Assembly (NCBI GenBank): GCA_965246715.1
Contig: CBDFFH010000030.1
Coordinates: forward strand, 1-41,560
DNA: 41,560 bases
From: Chamaesiphon sp.
GTDB taxonomy: Bacteria; Cyanobacteriota; Cyanobacteriia; Cyanobacteriales; Chamaesiphonaceae
Direction: 5' to 3'
A model generated the notes under the pieces. The model saw only the letters and a program-made list of their open reading frames with translations, did no database searches and was not told the DNA's origin. How positions within the stretch are numbered: the stretch's first letter is position 1; every line of letters starts with the position of its first letter. The translations under genes and the position numbers were made by a program. This document shows positions 27,937 to 37,547 of this stretch, one piece after another.

Positions 27937-29427
27937 ATGGCAAAACAGCCGCGTACTATCTACGTTTGTAATGAATGTGGAGCTGATTCAATGCAATGGT
28001 TCGGTAAATGCCCTAATTGTGAGGCTTACGGCTCGCTGTTCGAGCAAATGCCACAAGCTAATGGTAGGGGCGGACTCGGAAGTAAATCGAATGGATCGGC
28101 AAGCAAGGGTAATGGTGGGCAACCGCATCCGCTAGCCGCACTGACTTTCCCCCAAATCGTCGATGGCGAGGAAGAACGGTGGTGCTCGGGGTTTGGCGAA
28201 CTCGATCGAGTATTAGGTGGTGGGATAGTTCCTGGTTCGCTTGTCTTGATCGGTGGCGATCCGGGGATTGGCAAATCTACATTATTACTCCAAACTGCCA
28301 ACCTGATGTCCAAACACTATCGGGTGTTATACGTCTGTGGTGAGGAATCAGGCAAGCAAGTAAAACTCCGCGCTTCGCGGTTGGGAGTCGAGGGTACCAA
28401 AGGCGAAATCGAAAGCGAGGCAACTGAGGCAGCATCGCAATTAACCGTAGCCGACGGCGCAAATCTCTATATCCAAGCGGAGACAGATCTAGAAGAAATC
28501 CTCAGAGAACTAGAATCGCTCAAGCCACACGTTGCTGTAATCGATAGTATCCAAACTGTCTACTTTCCCGCGCTAACTTCCGCAGCGGGTTCTGTGGCGC
28601 AGGTACGTGAGTGTACGTCAGCCTTGATGAAGGTTGCCAAACGCGAAGATATTACCTTACTGATCGTCGGACACGTCACCAAAGAAGGGGCGATCGCGGG
28701 GCCAAAGGTATTAGAACATTTAGTCGATACCGTCTTGTATTTTGAAGGCGATCGATTTGCCTCGCATCGGCTCCTCAGATCCACCAAAAATCGCTTTGGA
28801 GCGACGCATGAGGTGGGAGTATTTGAAATGGTCGATCGGGGTTTACGCGAGGTTGACAACCCATCCGAGCTATTTGTAGGCGATCGACAGGGCATGGCTC
28901 CAGGCACGGCGATCGTCGTCGCCTGCGAGGGAACTAGACCGATCGTAGTGGAGTTACAAGCCTTAGTCAGCCCCACGAGCTATCCATCGCCCAGACGTGC
29001 GGGGACGGGCATCGATTACAGCCGGCTGGTACAGATTCTGGCAGTATTAGAAAAGCGGGTCGGGATTCCGCTCTCGAAGTTGGATGCCTATGTGGCATCG
29101 GCTGGTGGTTTGAGCGTTGAAGAACCTGCTGTAGATCTGGGTATTGCGATCGCGATCGTCGCCAGTTTCCGCGATCGGGTGGTGGCTCCATTTACGATCC
29201 TGATCGGTGAGGTTGGCTTGGGCGGACAAGTGCGCCAAGTATCACAGTTAGAGCTACGTCTCAAGGAAGCCGCGAAGTTGGGCTTCAAACGCGCGATCGT
29301 CCCCAAGGGACATCAGAGTTTTCCTGAGGTGGGGATGGAAATCATTCAGGTAGGACGGGTGATCGATGCGATCGTGGCTGCTTTGCCAGCAGAGAGTGAG
29401 GGAGGTAATGAAGAGGAGGAGGATTAA
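27937..29427 (+). CDS. radA: DNA repair protein RadA/Sms
   Basis: CxxC...CxxC zinc finger, GDPGIGKST, KNRFG, Lon-like C-terminal domain; divergent from rpaB. Confidence 0.97.
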   Translation: MAKQPRTIYVCNECGADSMQWFGKCPNCEAYGSLFEQMPQANGRGGLGSKSNGSASKGNGGQPHPLAALTFPQIVDGEEERWCSGFGELDRVLGGGIVPGSLVLIGGDPGIGKSTLLLQTANLMSKHYRVLYVCGEESGKQVKLRASRLGVEGTKGEIESEATEAASQLTVADGANLYIQAETDLEEILRELESLKPHVAVIDSIQTVYFPALTSAAGSVAQVRECTSALMKVAKREDITLLIVGHVTKEGAIAGPKVLEHLVDTVLYFEGDRFASHRLLRSTKNRFGATHEVGVFEMVDRGLREVDNPSELFVGDRQGMAPGTAIVVACEGTRPIVVELQALVSPTSYPSPRRAGTGIDYSRLVQILAVLEKRVGIPLSKLDAYVASAGGLSVEEPAVDLGIAIAIVASFRDRVVAPFTILIGEVGLGGQVRQVSQLELRLKEAAKLGFKRAIVPKGHQSFPEVGMEIIQVGRVIDAIVAALPAESEGGNEEEED

Positions 29428-29457
29428 TTAAATAATTCAAAATCCGACCCTAGATTA

Positions 29458-29630
29458 ACGTGAGTTCGGGTTAAGGATATTTGCTTCGTTCAAGCACCGC
29501 CAACGATTGAAATCGTGGCTAGTAGTGCAAAGTCCGCCTTCGCGGACTGAATATCTTAGTCCGCGAAGGCGGACTTTGCATCATGAGCAGAGACTTCAGT
29601 CTCTAGGCTCTTCCTAACCCGAACTCACGT
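29458..29630. mobile_element. MITE-like element 1 containing a REP doublet
   Basis: TIR ACGTGAGTTCGGGTTA...TAACCCGAACTCACGT; internal perfect 23-bp IR TGCAAAGTCCGCCTTCGCGGACT (29526-29548 / 29558-29580). Confidence 0.8.
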
Positions 29631-29635
29631 AAAAA

Positions 29636-29795
29636 AACGTCAGTTCGGGCTAAGTAAAATTGATTTGCTCCGCTCGATACCCGCCCTGAACTATTAGCCC
29701 CTGCTTGGTGCAACACATGCGGAGGGAACCTCCGCCTGAAAAGCATCCGCAAATTCATTTGAGGGCGGTGCAGAAACGAAGCGAGGATTCATCGA
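29636..29795. mobile_element. Truncated MITE-like element 2 (inverted relative of element 3)
   Basis: Starts AACGTCAGTTCGGGCTAAG; both arms match the reverse complement of element 3; distal TIR absent. Confidence 0.7.
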
Positions 29796-29926
29796 TCTAG
29801 GCGATCGAGAGGTAGCTCTGTTTAACAACTTCAATCGAGAAAATTACTTCAAACCATCCCAATGTGGGATCGATCCTACAAGGGGAGTCATATTACTGAC
29901 ATTCCCGCTGCCCAGAAATCTACCTT

Positions 29927-30141
29927 AACGTCAGTTCGGGATAAGGATTGCCGCTCGATGACTCCTCGCTTCGTTTCCAGACCGCCCTCAAATGAATTAG
30001 TTGCTCATAGCAAAAGTTCTCTTCAGAGAACTGCCCAATTGATTAGTTCGTTGAAACTAACTTTTGCTATTAGCCCGAACTTATAGTTCAGGGCGGTGCT
30101 TGAACGGAGCAGATCGATTTTCCTTATCCCGAACTCACGTT
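29927..30141. mobile_element. MITE-like element 3 with target-site duplication
   Basis: 21-bp TIR AACGTCAGTTCGGGATAAGGA / TCCTTATCCCGAACTCACGTT (1 mismatch); ACCTT directly repeated at 29922-29926 and 30142-30146. Confidence 0.85.
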
Positions 30142-30206
30142 ACCTTAAGGGCTTTGGAGACGGAGGGAGTCGATTGAATAGAGATCGATTAATTTAAAAG
30201 CTAACT

Positions 30207-30584
30207 CTAGCTTACCAAACTGCGATCGGTGCGGAGATTACTCGCGCCTTGGAGATAGGGATGGTAAATGACGACATCAGCAGGGAGATTGGCATGAATT
30301 AGAAACCTGATACAGCGTTGAAGGCTGCCTTCGACATGCATTTGCTGCACGTCCATCAACGCAACATCCCGCCACTCAGGATAAACTCTCCGGGCGATCG
30401 CGGCGGGAAATACGGCATCGAGATCTTTAGTCGCAGTAAAGATGATGCTCACGATCCGCTCGGGATCGAGCCGATTGCGATATTCCAATTCTTGTAACAG
30501 TTCGGTGACAGCAGAGGCGATCGCTTCTTCTGTATTTTCACTCGCTGTCGTCGCCCCACGAATTGCCTTTACACGCCACTCCAC
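30207..30584 (-). CDS. aroH: Chorismate mutase, AroH class
   Basis: AIRGATT, FTATKDLDAVFPA, V.GSL.RCIR, YL.GA..LR.D motifs; GTG start (MEWRV) after GAGGAGG. Confidence 0.95.
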   Translation of the reverse strand: MEWRVKAIRGATTASENTEEAIASAVTELLQELEYRNRLDPERIVSIIFTATKDLDAVFPAAIARRVYPEWRDVALMDVQQMHVEGSLQRCIRFLIHANLPADVVIYHPYLQGASNLRTDRSLVS

Positions 30585-30621
30585 TGTCCTCGCCCTCCTC
30601 AAATTTAAAATACCGAATTAG

Positions 30622-31446
30622 TTACTTCGGACGATACAACCAGAGAGGTTGTCCGCTAGTACTCAGTTCAAATTGTACCCAATCTGCTGCCGATACTACT
30701 GTAGTGAAACCAGAAAGTTGGCTTTGTAACAATCGATTTAATAATGGCTTGCGCTCCTCGATCGTCTGAACCTTAGTTTTTTGGGGATCTAATCCTGCCA
30801 ATTCTGCCGCCCAGCGCCGAGCATCCTCTTCCGAACCCAACCGATCGACTACGCCAAATTCCACCGCTTGTTCGCCCGTAAAGATCCGTCCGTCAGCAAA
30901 AGTTCTGACGGTTGCAGGGTCGAGATGGCGCGACTCAGCAACGGTATTGACAAACTGCTCGTATGTATTATCGATTAATGTTTGGAGGATTTGTTCCTCT
31001 GGAGCTGTTAACTCCCGATCGAATGACAAAATATCCTTGTATGGGCCAGATTTGATTACTTTAAACGATACGCCCACGCGATCGAGTAATTTCTCCAGAT
31101 TATTCCCACGTAATATCACCCCGATACTGCCCGTGAGCGTGCCAGGATTTGCCATGATATGCGGGGCACCCATACCGATATACACTCCCCCAGAAGCGGA
31201 AATATTGCCATAACTGGCAACGATTTTTACCTTTGGCTGGAGGCGTTGCAATGCTTGATAGATTTCGTAGGAGTCGCCCACCGTCCCGCCGGGACTATCG
31301 ATTCGCAGTAGCAATGCTGGATATTTTTTCTCTTCGACTTCTTCGAGCGCTTTGAGTACGGCTTTGCGCGTTCCGCTGCCGATCGCCCCTGTAATTTCAA
31401 TCCTTGCGATTTGTTTTGTAGCTTTTTTATTAAACGGCCAGAACAT
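30622..31446 (-). CDS. sppA: Signal peptide peptidase SppA (short form, S49)
   Basis: RIDSPGG, SASGGVY, TGSIGV, KSGPYKD, DGRIFTG motifs. Confidence 0.95.
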   Translation of the reverse strand: MFWPFNKKATKQIARIEITGAIGSGTRKAVLKALEEVEEKKYPALLLRIDSPGGTVGDSYEIYQALQRLQPKVKIVASYGNISASGGVYIGMGAPHIMANPGTLTGSIGVILRGNNLEKLLDRVGVSFKVIKSGPYKDILSFDRELTAPEEQILQTLIDNTYEQFVNTVAESRHLDPATVRTFADGRIFTGEQAVEFGVVDRLGSEEDARRWAAELAGLDPQKTKVQTIEERKPLLNRLLQSQLSGFTTVVSAADWVQFELSTSGQPLWLYRPK

Positions 31447-31655
31447 AAATAAAGTTATGAATTATGAATTATAGATTCTAGTCTGATGGCAAGTGTAAAA
31501 CACGATCGATTTCAACAATTTTGGTGGGTTGACAGTATCCACCACCAGAGATTGAGTCAGTCTAGACCGCTCGCTCCGCAGTTGACGATTAAAAATAACT
31601 AGCAGACTTCTTAAAGAAAATATACAATTTGTTAAGAGCCGAAATTTAAGTATTC

Positions 31656-32675
31656 ATGCAGCTAAAACAGTCCTCACCCTTACTCAGCTTAACATCGATT
31701 CTCCTGGTCGCGCCCTTTTTCCTATGGGGGACGGCAATGGTAGCGATGAAAGGAGTGATGCCACACACCACGCCGTTATTTATGGCAGCACTGCGACTGA
31801 TGCCAGCGGGTGTACTTGTAATGTTATTTGCCGCGATCGGTAAACGTCCACAGCCGCAGGGGTGGCAAGCTTGGTCGTTAATCGGCTTATTTGGCTTGGT
31901 CGATGGGACGTTATTTCAAGGATTTTTAGCGACGGGACTAGTTCGGACTACGGCGGGTTTGGGTTCGGTGACGATCGATTCGCAACCTCTAGCTGTCGCA
32001 GTACTGTCGGCTTGGTTATTTCAGGAGCGGATCGGCATTATCGGGGTGATGGGTTTAGTAGTAGGCGTGTTGGGCATCAGTTGTGTTGCTTTACCCAATG
32101 AATGGTTGAGTCAACTTGCCACCAATCCACTTTCAAGTCAATTCGATTTCTCGGCATTATTCGCGCGCGGTGAATGGTTGATGGTCTTAGCTGCGCTCTC
32201 GATGGCGATTGGCACCGTCTTAATTCGGTTTATCGTCAAATATGCCGATCCGGTTGTTGCCACGGCTTGGCACATGATTATCGGGGGCATTCCGCTAGCG
32301 ATCGGTTCGGTGCTGTGGGAGTCAAATCAATGGGTTGACATCGCGCCTACTGGTTGGCTGGCGATCGGATATTCTACTGTATTTGGTAGTGCGATCTCTT
32401 ATGGGCTATTTTTCTATTTTGCCTCTCAAGGTAATCTGACTAGTTTGAGTTCGCTGACTTTTCTCACCCCTGTATTCGCGCTGTTATTCGGTAGCTTGTT
32501 TTTAGGTGAAACGCTCGATTCCCTCCAATGGTTTGGGGTGGTGCTCACCTTTGTCAGTATCTTAACGATTTTACAACGCGACTATATCTGGCAAAAATTA
32601 ACAGGCGAGGAAAATCCCCAACCCGTCGTAGAACTAATCGAAATCGAAGATCGCGGCCGTGGCAACTCAAAATAA
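31656..32675 (+). CDS. EamA/DMT family transporter
   Basis: About 10 TM helices; FLWGTAMVAMK, IDSQPL, LTPVFALLFG motifs. Confidence 0.9.
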   Translation: MQLKQSSPLLSLTSILLVAPFFLWGTAMVAMKGVMPHTTPLFMAALRLMPAGVLVMLFAAIGKRPQPQGWQAWSLIGLFGLVDGTLFQGFLATGLVRTTAGLGSVTIDSQPLAVAVLSAWLFQERIGIIGVMGLVVGVLGISCVALPNEWLSQLATNPLSSQFDFSALFARGEWLMVLAALSMAIGTVLIRFIVKYADPVVATAWHMIIGGIPLAIGSVLWESNQWVDIAPTGWLAIGYSTVFGSAISYGLFFYFASQGNLTSLSSLTFLTPVFALLFGSLFLGETLDSLQWFGVVLTFVSILTILQRDYIWQKLTGEENPQPVVELIEIEDRGRGNSK

Positions 32676-32682
32676 TACGAGA

Positions 32683-32871
32683 CTAGCGATCGCGGATCTG
32701 CCGATACTTAGCCGCTGCCAACTGCCGCATACAGCTTTCTAACAGCCGAACGTGATAGATTTGCTGAAATTTGTGAGGGTTGAGAATCAGCTTGTGCTTG
32801 GGATGAAAAATTGGCTGACTTAGGAATGCCGACCAAGGAAAAGGGACTTTGGCTTGTTCGTCTCTAGACAC
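32683..32871 (-). CDS. Small hypothetical protein
   Basis: 62-aa ORF; FPWSAFLSQPIF...LNP...RLLESC resembles small cyanobacterial proteins as I recall them. Confidence 0.5.
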   Translation of the reverse strand: MSRDEQAKVPFPWSAFLSQPIFHPKHKLILNPHKFQQIYHVRLLESCMRQLAAAKYRQIRDR

Positions 32872-33104
32872 GATCGTGAGGGTGGTGGTGAAATGGATGG
32901 TTGTGGAACGACTTGAGGCTAAATCCCGATCGTTCCTAAAGCAAAATTTTACTGGTGTCAGATCTCAGCCAAATAGCGATCTGAACCGACACTGTATAGT
33001 TAATCTCCCATATTTAATCGATCGACAACATCAGCCATTTATCTTGGAGTTATCGGCTAGCACGCTACAATAGACTCAAATAACATTTCTTATTAATTGC
33101 GATC

Positions 33105-33512
33105 GTGGTTGTTACTCCGAGTCCTGGCAAAATCATTTCTTATCCAACCAAAACGATCGAGCGTGCCGATCTCGCATTGCGCTGTGCGCCGTTTAATGTG
33201 GGTCTATTTGCAAAAATGCGCTGGGAAAGTGTCTCTGTGCCAAAACTGGCTGGAGCGCAAGGTGTTGATGCTGGCTACACCCGTCGTCCGCTCTCGGAGT
33301 TAGATGTCGAGTCCGCAACTAATTGGCTGATTCGAGTAGGCATGTTGCGGCGCGAAGTAGACGGGCAAGGTTTGACCGACAGTTTTCGGCTGACACCGTT
33401 GGGTCTAACATTAATCGAAAGATGGGAAACGCAAGGCGGTAAGCTACCACCCGCAAGTCCGATCGATCGTGCGAACAATTTTGTCACGCGCTGGTTTCGG
33501 CTACCCTTCTAG
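33105..33512 (+). CDS. Conserved cyanobacterial protein (Npun_F0494-like, winged-helix-like)
   Basis: WLIRVGMLRREVDGQGLTDSFRLTPLG motif. Confidence 0.8.
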   Translation: MVVTPSPGKIISYPTKTIERADLALRCAPFNVGLFAKMRWESVSVPKLAGAQGVDAGYTRRPLSELDVESATNWLIRVGMLRREVDGQGLTDSFRLTPLGLTLIERWETQGGKLPPASPIDRANNFVTRWFRLPF

Positions 33513-34240
33513 ATCCCAATCGCGGCATAACGCAAGACTTCCAATACCGCACTGGGATCGCAGCCATATATTCCCGCGCCCCAGGCTGAATTTTGCTCGA
33601 CTACCGCCCATCCTTTGCCCTGAATGATGCCGATATCGATGACTGTCGATCGAGGTAATTCGATCTGGGAATCGGCTAATATTATTGAAATAAAATCTCT
33701 AACTTCCCGCTCTTCTGCTGGTGAATTGGCAAAATCAGCATCGCGCTGAAGTTTGCCATGGCGCAGATAAACCGAGAATGTTTGTAAAGTGCGATCGCAA
33801 ATAAAGCAGCGAAACTCTTTTTCCCATTCAACAATCTCGGCAACTAAAACTTCGGTATCATCGGGGTAATCTGGCAATAGCTCACCAGGTCGATAAACTT
33901 TTGCGGGAAAACTTTTATCGTTAGGTGGCTTAATAAAAGCTGAATAAGTTAATTGTCTCGCTGCACCCAGTGTAGTGATAGAGATCGATCGTTGACGATA
34001 TTTTTCGGCTAATTTTGGCAACCAATCTACTGCTGGTTCTAACAATCTCAAACCAAATTGCTCCGAGATCGTCGGAGCCATTAATGCTTCAAGATACAAT
34101 ACTGGTTCTGTAGCCGCGATTAACTCATCCGTAATCCGCCAATTAGTCAATCGCTCAACCTGCCATCCCTTTTCGATCGCTGCCCGCCATAAGGATTGAG
34201 CATCTTCGGTATAACGGGGAGTTAGAATCAGGGTAGGCAT
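33509..34240 (-). CDS. ATP-grasp domain protein (DUF4343-like)
   Basis: FIKP..K.F, E.EFRCF, VIDIG, WAVVE.N..W..GIYGCDP motifs; stop overlaps the convergent gene. Confidence 0.8.
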   Translation of the reverse strand: MPTLILTPRYTEDAQSLWRAAIEKGWQVERLTNWRITDELIAATEPVLYLEALMAPTISEQFGLRLLEPAVDWLPKLAEKYRQRSISITTLGAARQLTYSAFIKPPNDKSFPAKVYRPGELLPDYPDDTEVLVAEIVEWEKEFRCFICDRTLQTFSVYLRHGKLQRDADFANSPAEEREVRDFISIILADSQIELPRSTVIDIGIIQGKGWAVVEQNSAWGAGIYGCDPSAVLEVLRYAAIGI

Positions 34241-34315
34241 TAGCAGCTATTTAAAAAGTCTGATTTCTAACCAGCGTAGACGATCGATCCCCCTGAAAAA
34301 GCTCCCTATAATCCC

Positions 34316-34518
34316 AGCGGTTAGAAACCGCCGCTCGGAGTGCAAAGTCCGCCTACGCGGACTAGTACTGAGCAGCGCAAATAACCCTAGTATCAATCGA
34401 CATTGTCGTCATCTGATGTGTTATTCAAGAATGCTTGGGTTATTTATGCCGCCGACTACTAGTTTGTTAGTCCGCGCAGGCGGACTTTGCAGCATTAGCC
34501 ACGATTTCAATCGTTGGC
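34316..34518. repeat. REP doublet (REPIN-like) long hairpin
   Basis: TGCAAAGTCCGCCTACGCGGACT (34341-34363) / AGTCCGCGCAGGCGGACTTTGCA (34469-34491); flank GCCACGATTTCAATCGTTGGC is the reverse complement of a segment in MITE 1. Confidence 0.8.
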
Positions 34519-34546
34519 ATTCTAGCAGGGAGCAACTTGGGTTAAG

Positions 34547-35023
34547 TTAAGTAGTTCGATCGGTAGTCTTAGCAGTTTCTCGATCGGCTAGTTCCTTGAG
34601 CGCATAGGCTTTGAATCGATCCATATCTGCTTGGAGAGTACCTTCTACGGCATTACGGACAAATCCATTATCCATCAACACTGCTAAAAATCCTGGTACA
34701 GAATAGGAGACCGTCAACTTAACGATACTACTTTCCTTGCGATCGTAAAATCTAATCGCCCCGCGATTGGGCAAACCATCGACAGATTCCCATTGAATGA
34801 TTTGGTTGGGAATTTGTTGGAGAATGCGGGATAACCACGTAAATTCTAGCGTTGAAGTTGCTAATTTCCAGCGCGAAAGTTCGGGCCGATCTTCCAGGAT
34901 CTTGACTGATTCGATCCATTTCATCCAGCGGGGCATTAATTCGATATTTTGCCACAAATCCCAGACATGTTCGATCGGTGCCGCAACTTCAACCTGGACG
35001 CTATGTTCTAGCCATTCGGACAT
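34547..35023 (-). CDS. SRPBCC (START-like, polyketide cyclase) family protein
   Basis: WLEHSVQVEV, MPRWMKWI, WESVDGLPNRGAIRFY motifs; usual downstream neighbour of zds. Confidence 0.9.
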   Translation of the reverse strand: MSEWLEHSVQVEVAAPIEHVWDLWQNIELMPRWMKWIESVKILEDRPELSRWKLATSTLEFTWLSRILQQIPNQIIQWESVDGLPNRGAIRFYDRKESSIVKLTVSYSVPGFLAVLMDNGFVRNAVEGTLQADMDRFKAYALKELADRETAKTTDRTT

Positions 35024-35057
35024 AAAAAGAGGGGAGGGGAGAGGGATTAAAAACTAT

Positions 35058-35201
35058 GTATGGTGGGCACTTGCCCACAATCTAAACAGGATTAATTGGA
35101 TGTTTGCTACTGTCAATTCCCGACTATTTAAGTAGGGTTTCCTAAATATTCAGAGACCAGAACGAGCGTCAACCCTAGCTGGTGGGCACTGCCCACCCTA
35201 C
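35058..35201. repeat. GTAG-type REP doublet
   Basis: GTATGGTGGGCACTTGCCCAC (35058-35078) and GGTGGGCACTGCCCACCCTAC (35181-35201) in inverted orientation; degenerate copy at 9937-9956. Confidence 0.7.
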
Positions 35202-35207
35202 TGGGAC

Positions 35208-35296
35208 GACCAGACTAAAAATGTGGGCATTTAGAGTTCTGAAACTACAATTAGCATACTTCCTAAGATCTTTTTACACACATTTTTAGTCTGGTC
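35208..35296. mobile_element. 89-bp element with perfect 18-bp terminal inverted repeats
   Basis: GACCAGACTAAAAATGTG (35208-35225) / CACATTTTTAGTCTGGTC (35279-35296); no clear TSD. Confidence 0.55.
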
Positions 35297-35335
35297 AAGC
35301 CACTACGAAGATTTGTTGTTTAATTATGTAAGTAA

Positions 35336-36805
35336 TTAAACGCTAGATAATTGAGTAGCTGCACTGAGTTTATCTGCACTAGCCAGAATCGCTTGTGCGG
35401 CTTGTTTGCCAGAAATCGTCGCACCTTCCATACTATCGATATAATCTTGAGCGGTATAACTACCAGCCAAGAAGAAATTATCGATCGGGGTAGCTTGCGT
35501 CGGGCGGAATGGGTCCATCCCTGGCTGCTCGCGGTAGAGCGACTGGGCGAGTTTGACGACACTCGACCAAGTGACTTTTAAATCGCGCGCAGAGGGGAAC
35601 AATTCGTGGACTTGACCGATAACATGTTTGACGATTTCTTCATTGCTTTTGGCAATAAATCGATCGCCAGGTGTGAGTACCACTTGTAACAGCGAACCTT
35701 CACCTTCCCGATAATAGTCTGCGGGGCTGGTAAGGGCAAGATCCGCAAAACATGAAAAATCAGCATCGGCGGAATAGAGCAGATTGTCGATGCCTGCTGC
35801 ATGGTCTAATTGTTGGCGTTCGGCACCATCGTTCATTTCTGTCACCCAGCCATCGAAGCGCAGTTGAACGGTAGCGACGGGGACGGCTTCGAGTTTAAAG
35901 ATATTGTCGAAGAAGGTTATTTTGCGCCAGTCCGCAGGCACGATCCGCTGGATGCCAGGGACATCACAAGCACAAACATAAGCATCAGCGGTGATGGTTT
36001 CCACGCTGTCACCATTGGCAATTTCAAAACTGGTAATCCGGGTTTTTTCGCCTTCTCCGGTATACTTAACCTCGCGGAGTTGGCGGCGGGTGTGAATTTT
36101 GGTACCTCTAGCTTCGAGATAATCGACGATCGGTTTGCTGAGATATTCGGCTGGCGACCCAACTAACATATTTAATTTTGATGCTTCGGTTTTCGAAGCA
36201 AACATCATAAAAATTGTCAACATACATCTGGCTGAGATGTTTTCGGTGTCGATAAAGCCTAATGCCAGGGCGATGGGATCCCACATCCGGCGGAGACTGT
36301 GGTTATTGCCACCATGCGATCGAAACCAATCCGCAAAACTAACTCGATCGAGATCGCGAATCAGCTTCATCGCGAGATCGTAACTAACCAGTCCTGGAAC
36401 GATAGGGCTAGTTCCTAGTGCGAGCGCATTGCGGAGTTTATCGACGATCGTTAATTGCCCAGTCGTAAAAAAAGCCTTTAAGCCATGAAAAGGTGCGCCG
36501 AGGAAAAACCTAAAATCTAACTTGCCGATGTCACCACCCGCATTGATGAAATTATGAACGTGTTCTTTCGGCAAAAAGATATCAGTTGCACCGATGCGCT
36601 GCATCAGGGCGAAAAGATTGGCATAGTTGTTGAAAAATACGTGCAATCCCATCTCGATGTGATTACCATCAGCATCGATCCAACTGCCGACTTTCCCACC
36701 CACGAAGGGACGCGCTTCAAAGATCTCAACTTCATGTCCAGCATCGACCAAATCAACGGCTGTAGCCATGCCCGCCAATCCCGCACCAATAATTGCAACC
36801 CGCAT
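35336..36805 (-). CDS. zds: 9,9'-di-cis-zeta-carotene desaturase
   Basis: GAGLAG, GGKVGSW...[38 protein letters not shown] (CrtQ/ZDS). Confidence 0.95.
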   Translation of the reverse strand: MRVAIIGAGLAGMATAVDLVDAGHEVEIFEARPFVGGKVGSWIDADGNHIEMGLHVFFNNYANLFALMQRIGATDIFLPKEHVHNFINAGGDIGKLDFRFFLGAPFHGLKAFFTTGQLTIVDKLRNALALGTSPIVPGLVSYDLAMKLIRDLDRVSFADWFRSHGGNNHSLRRMWDPIALALGFIDTENISARCMLTIFMMFASKTEASKLNMLVGSPAEYLSKPIVDYLEARGTKIHTRRQLREVKYTGEGEKTRITSFEIANGDSVETITADAYVCACDVPGIQRIVPADWRKITFFDNIFKLEAVPVATVQLRFDGWVTEMNDGAERQQLDHAAGIDNLLYSADADFSCFADLALTSPADYYREGEGSLLQVVLTPGDRFIAKSNEEIVKHVIGQVHELFPSARDLKVTWSSVVKLAQSLYREQPGMDPFRPTQATPIDNFFLAGSYTAQDYIDSMEGATISGKQAAQAILASADKLSAATQLSSV

Positions 36806-37033
36806 ATCTCTTTTGCTGTTTCTTGTGTATCTTTACAGATTTTAAGATTTTTTAAGCATTTGTGCATCGTTCTGGGTGAGGGATTGGGGTTTTAGGCGAT
36901 CGAATCTCTATTTTCTAGCAATACATGATTCGATCGATCGGGCATTCTAGCGCGATTGCCACACGCGATCCCCCTGTCAGCATTAATATCTCTTGAGTTA
37001 AAATTCAAGTAGTACACTCAAATTATTACAGCT

Positions 37034-37333
37034 ATGAATCCTACTCTCCGTCAAGGTGATGTAATTTTGATTCCCTTGGCAGCACCCATCGCTGGGAAAA
37101 AGCTGTCACATCTTACTCTTGCTGAAGGCGAAGTCACTGGACACCGCCACCGGATTAGTGATGGTGAGGCGGAGCTATCCGAACGCGATGGCATCCTCTA
37201 TCTCAAGGTATTGTCGCCGACAGCGAAGCTCATGCATGAAGAACATCATCCGATCGATATCCCTCAAGGTGCATGGCAAATCCGCATCCAAAGAGAATAC
37301 GAACCTGAAGGTTGGCGCTATGTAGCCGATTAA
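37034..37333 (+). CDS. Conserved His-rich small beta protein
   Basis: RQGDV, LAEGEVTGHRH, HEEH, QREYEP motifs. Confidence 0.8.
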   Translation: MNPTLRQGDVILIPLAAPIAGKKLSHLTLAEGEVTGHRHRISDGEAELSERDGILYLKVLSPTAKLMHEEHHPIDIPQGAWQIRIQREYEPEGWRYVAD

Positions 37334-37547
37334 TCGTGGGGTATGTTATTGCCTTGATTAACACGCCATTTTTAAATCGACAAGCAGCAATTGTGGCGAA
37401 CTAAATCGATCGAGCTTTCCAGACATATCGATTTGGGAATATTCCTAAAGATATTATGAAAAACGGTCGATCGATGTTACTACAGAACCGCTGAATCGAA
37501 TAATCTGCGTTAGACTGCCAGAGAAACAGCTCAAGAGCAGAATTTAG

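Noticed and set aside
29862..30086. 74-aa ORF
   Set aside because: Runs through MITE 3 and has no recognisable motif.
29457..30146. CRISPR array or ncRNA in the radA-aroH gap
   Set aside because: Repeats are inverted and irregularly spaced, with no constant repeat-spacer period and no cas genes; better explained as MITEs/REPs.
36830..36860. RpaB HLR1-like direct repeat upstream of zds
   Set aside because: CTTAAAA repeats deviate from the TTACA consensus in AT-rich DNA; too weak to call.
3703..37016. Shared AAGTAGTACA at 3703-3712 and 37007-37016 as LexA boxes
   Set aside because: Only a half-site; the second half does not fit RGTAC-N3-DGTWCB, and a repeated 10-mer is expected by chance in 41 kb.
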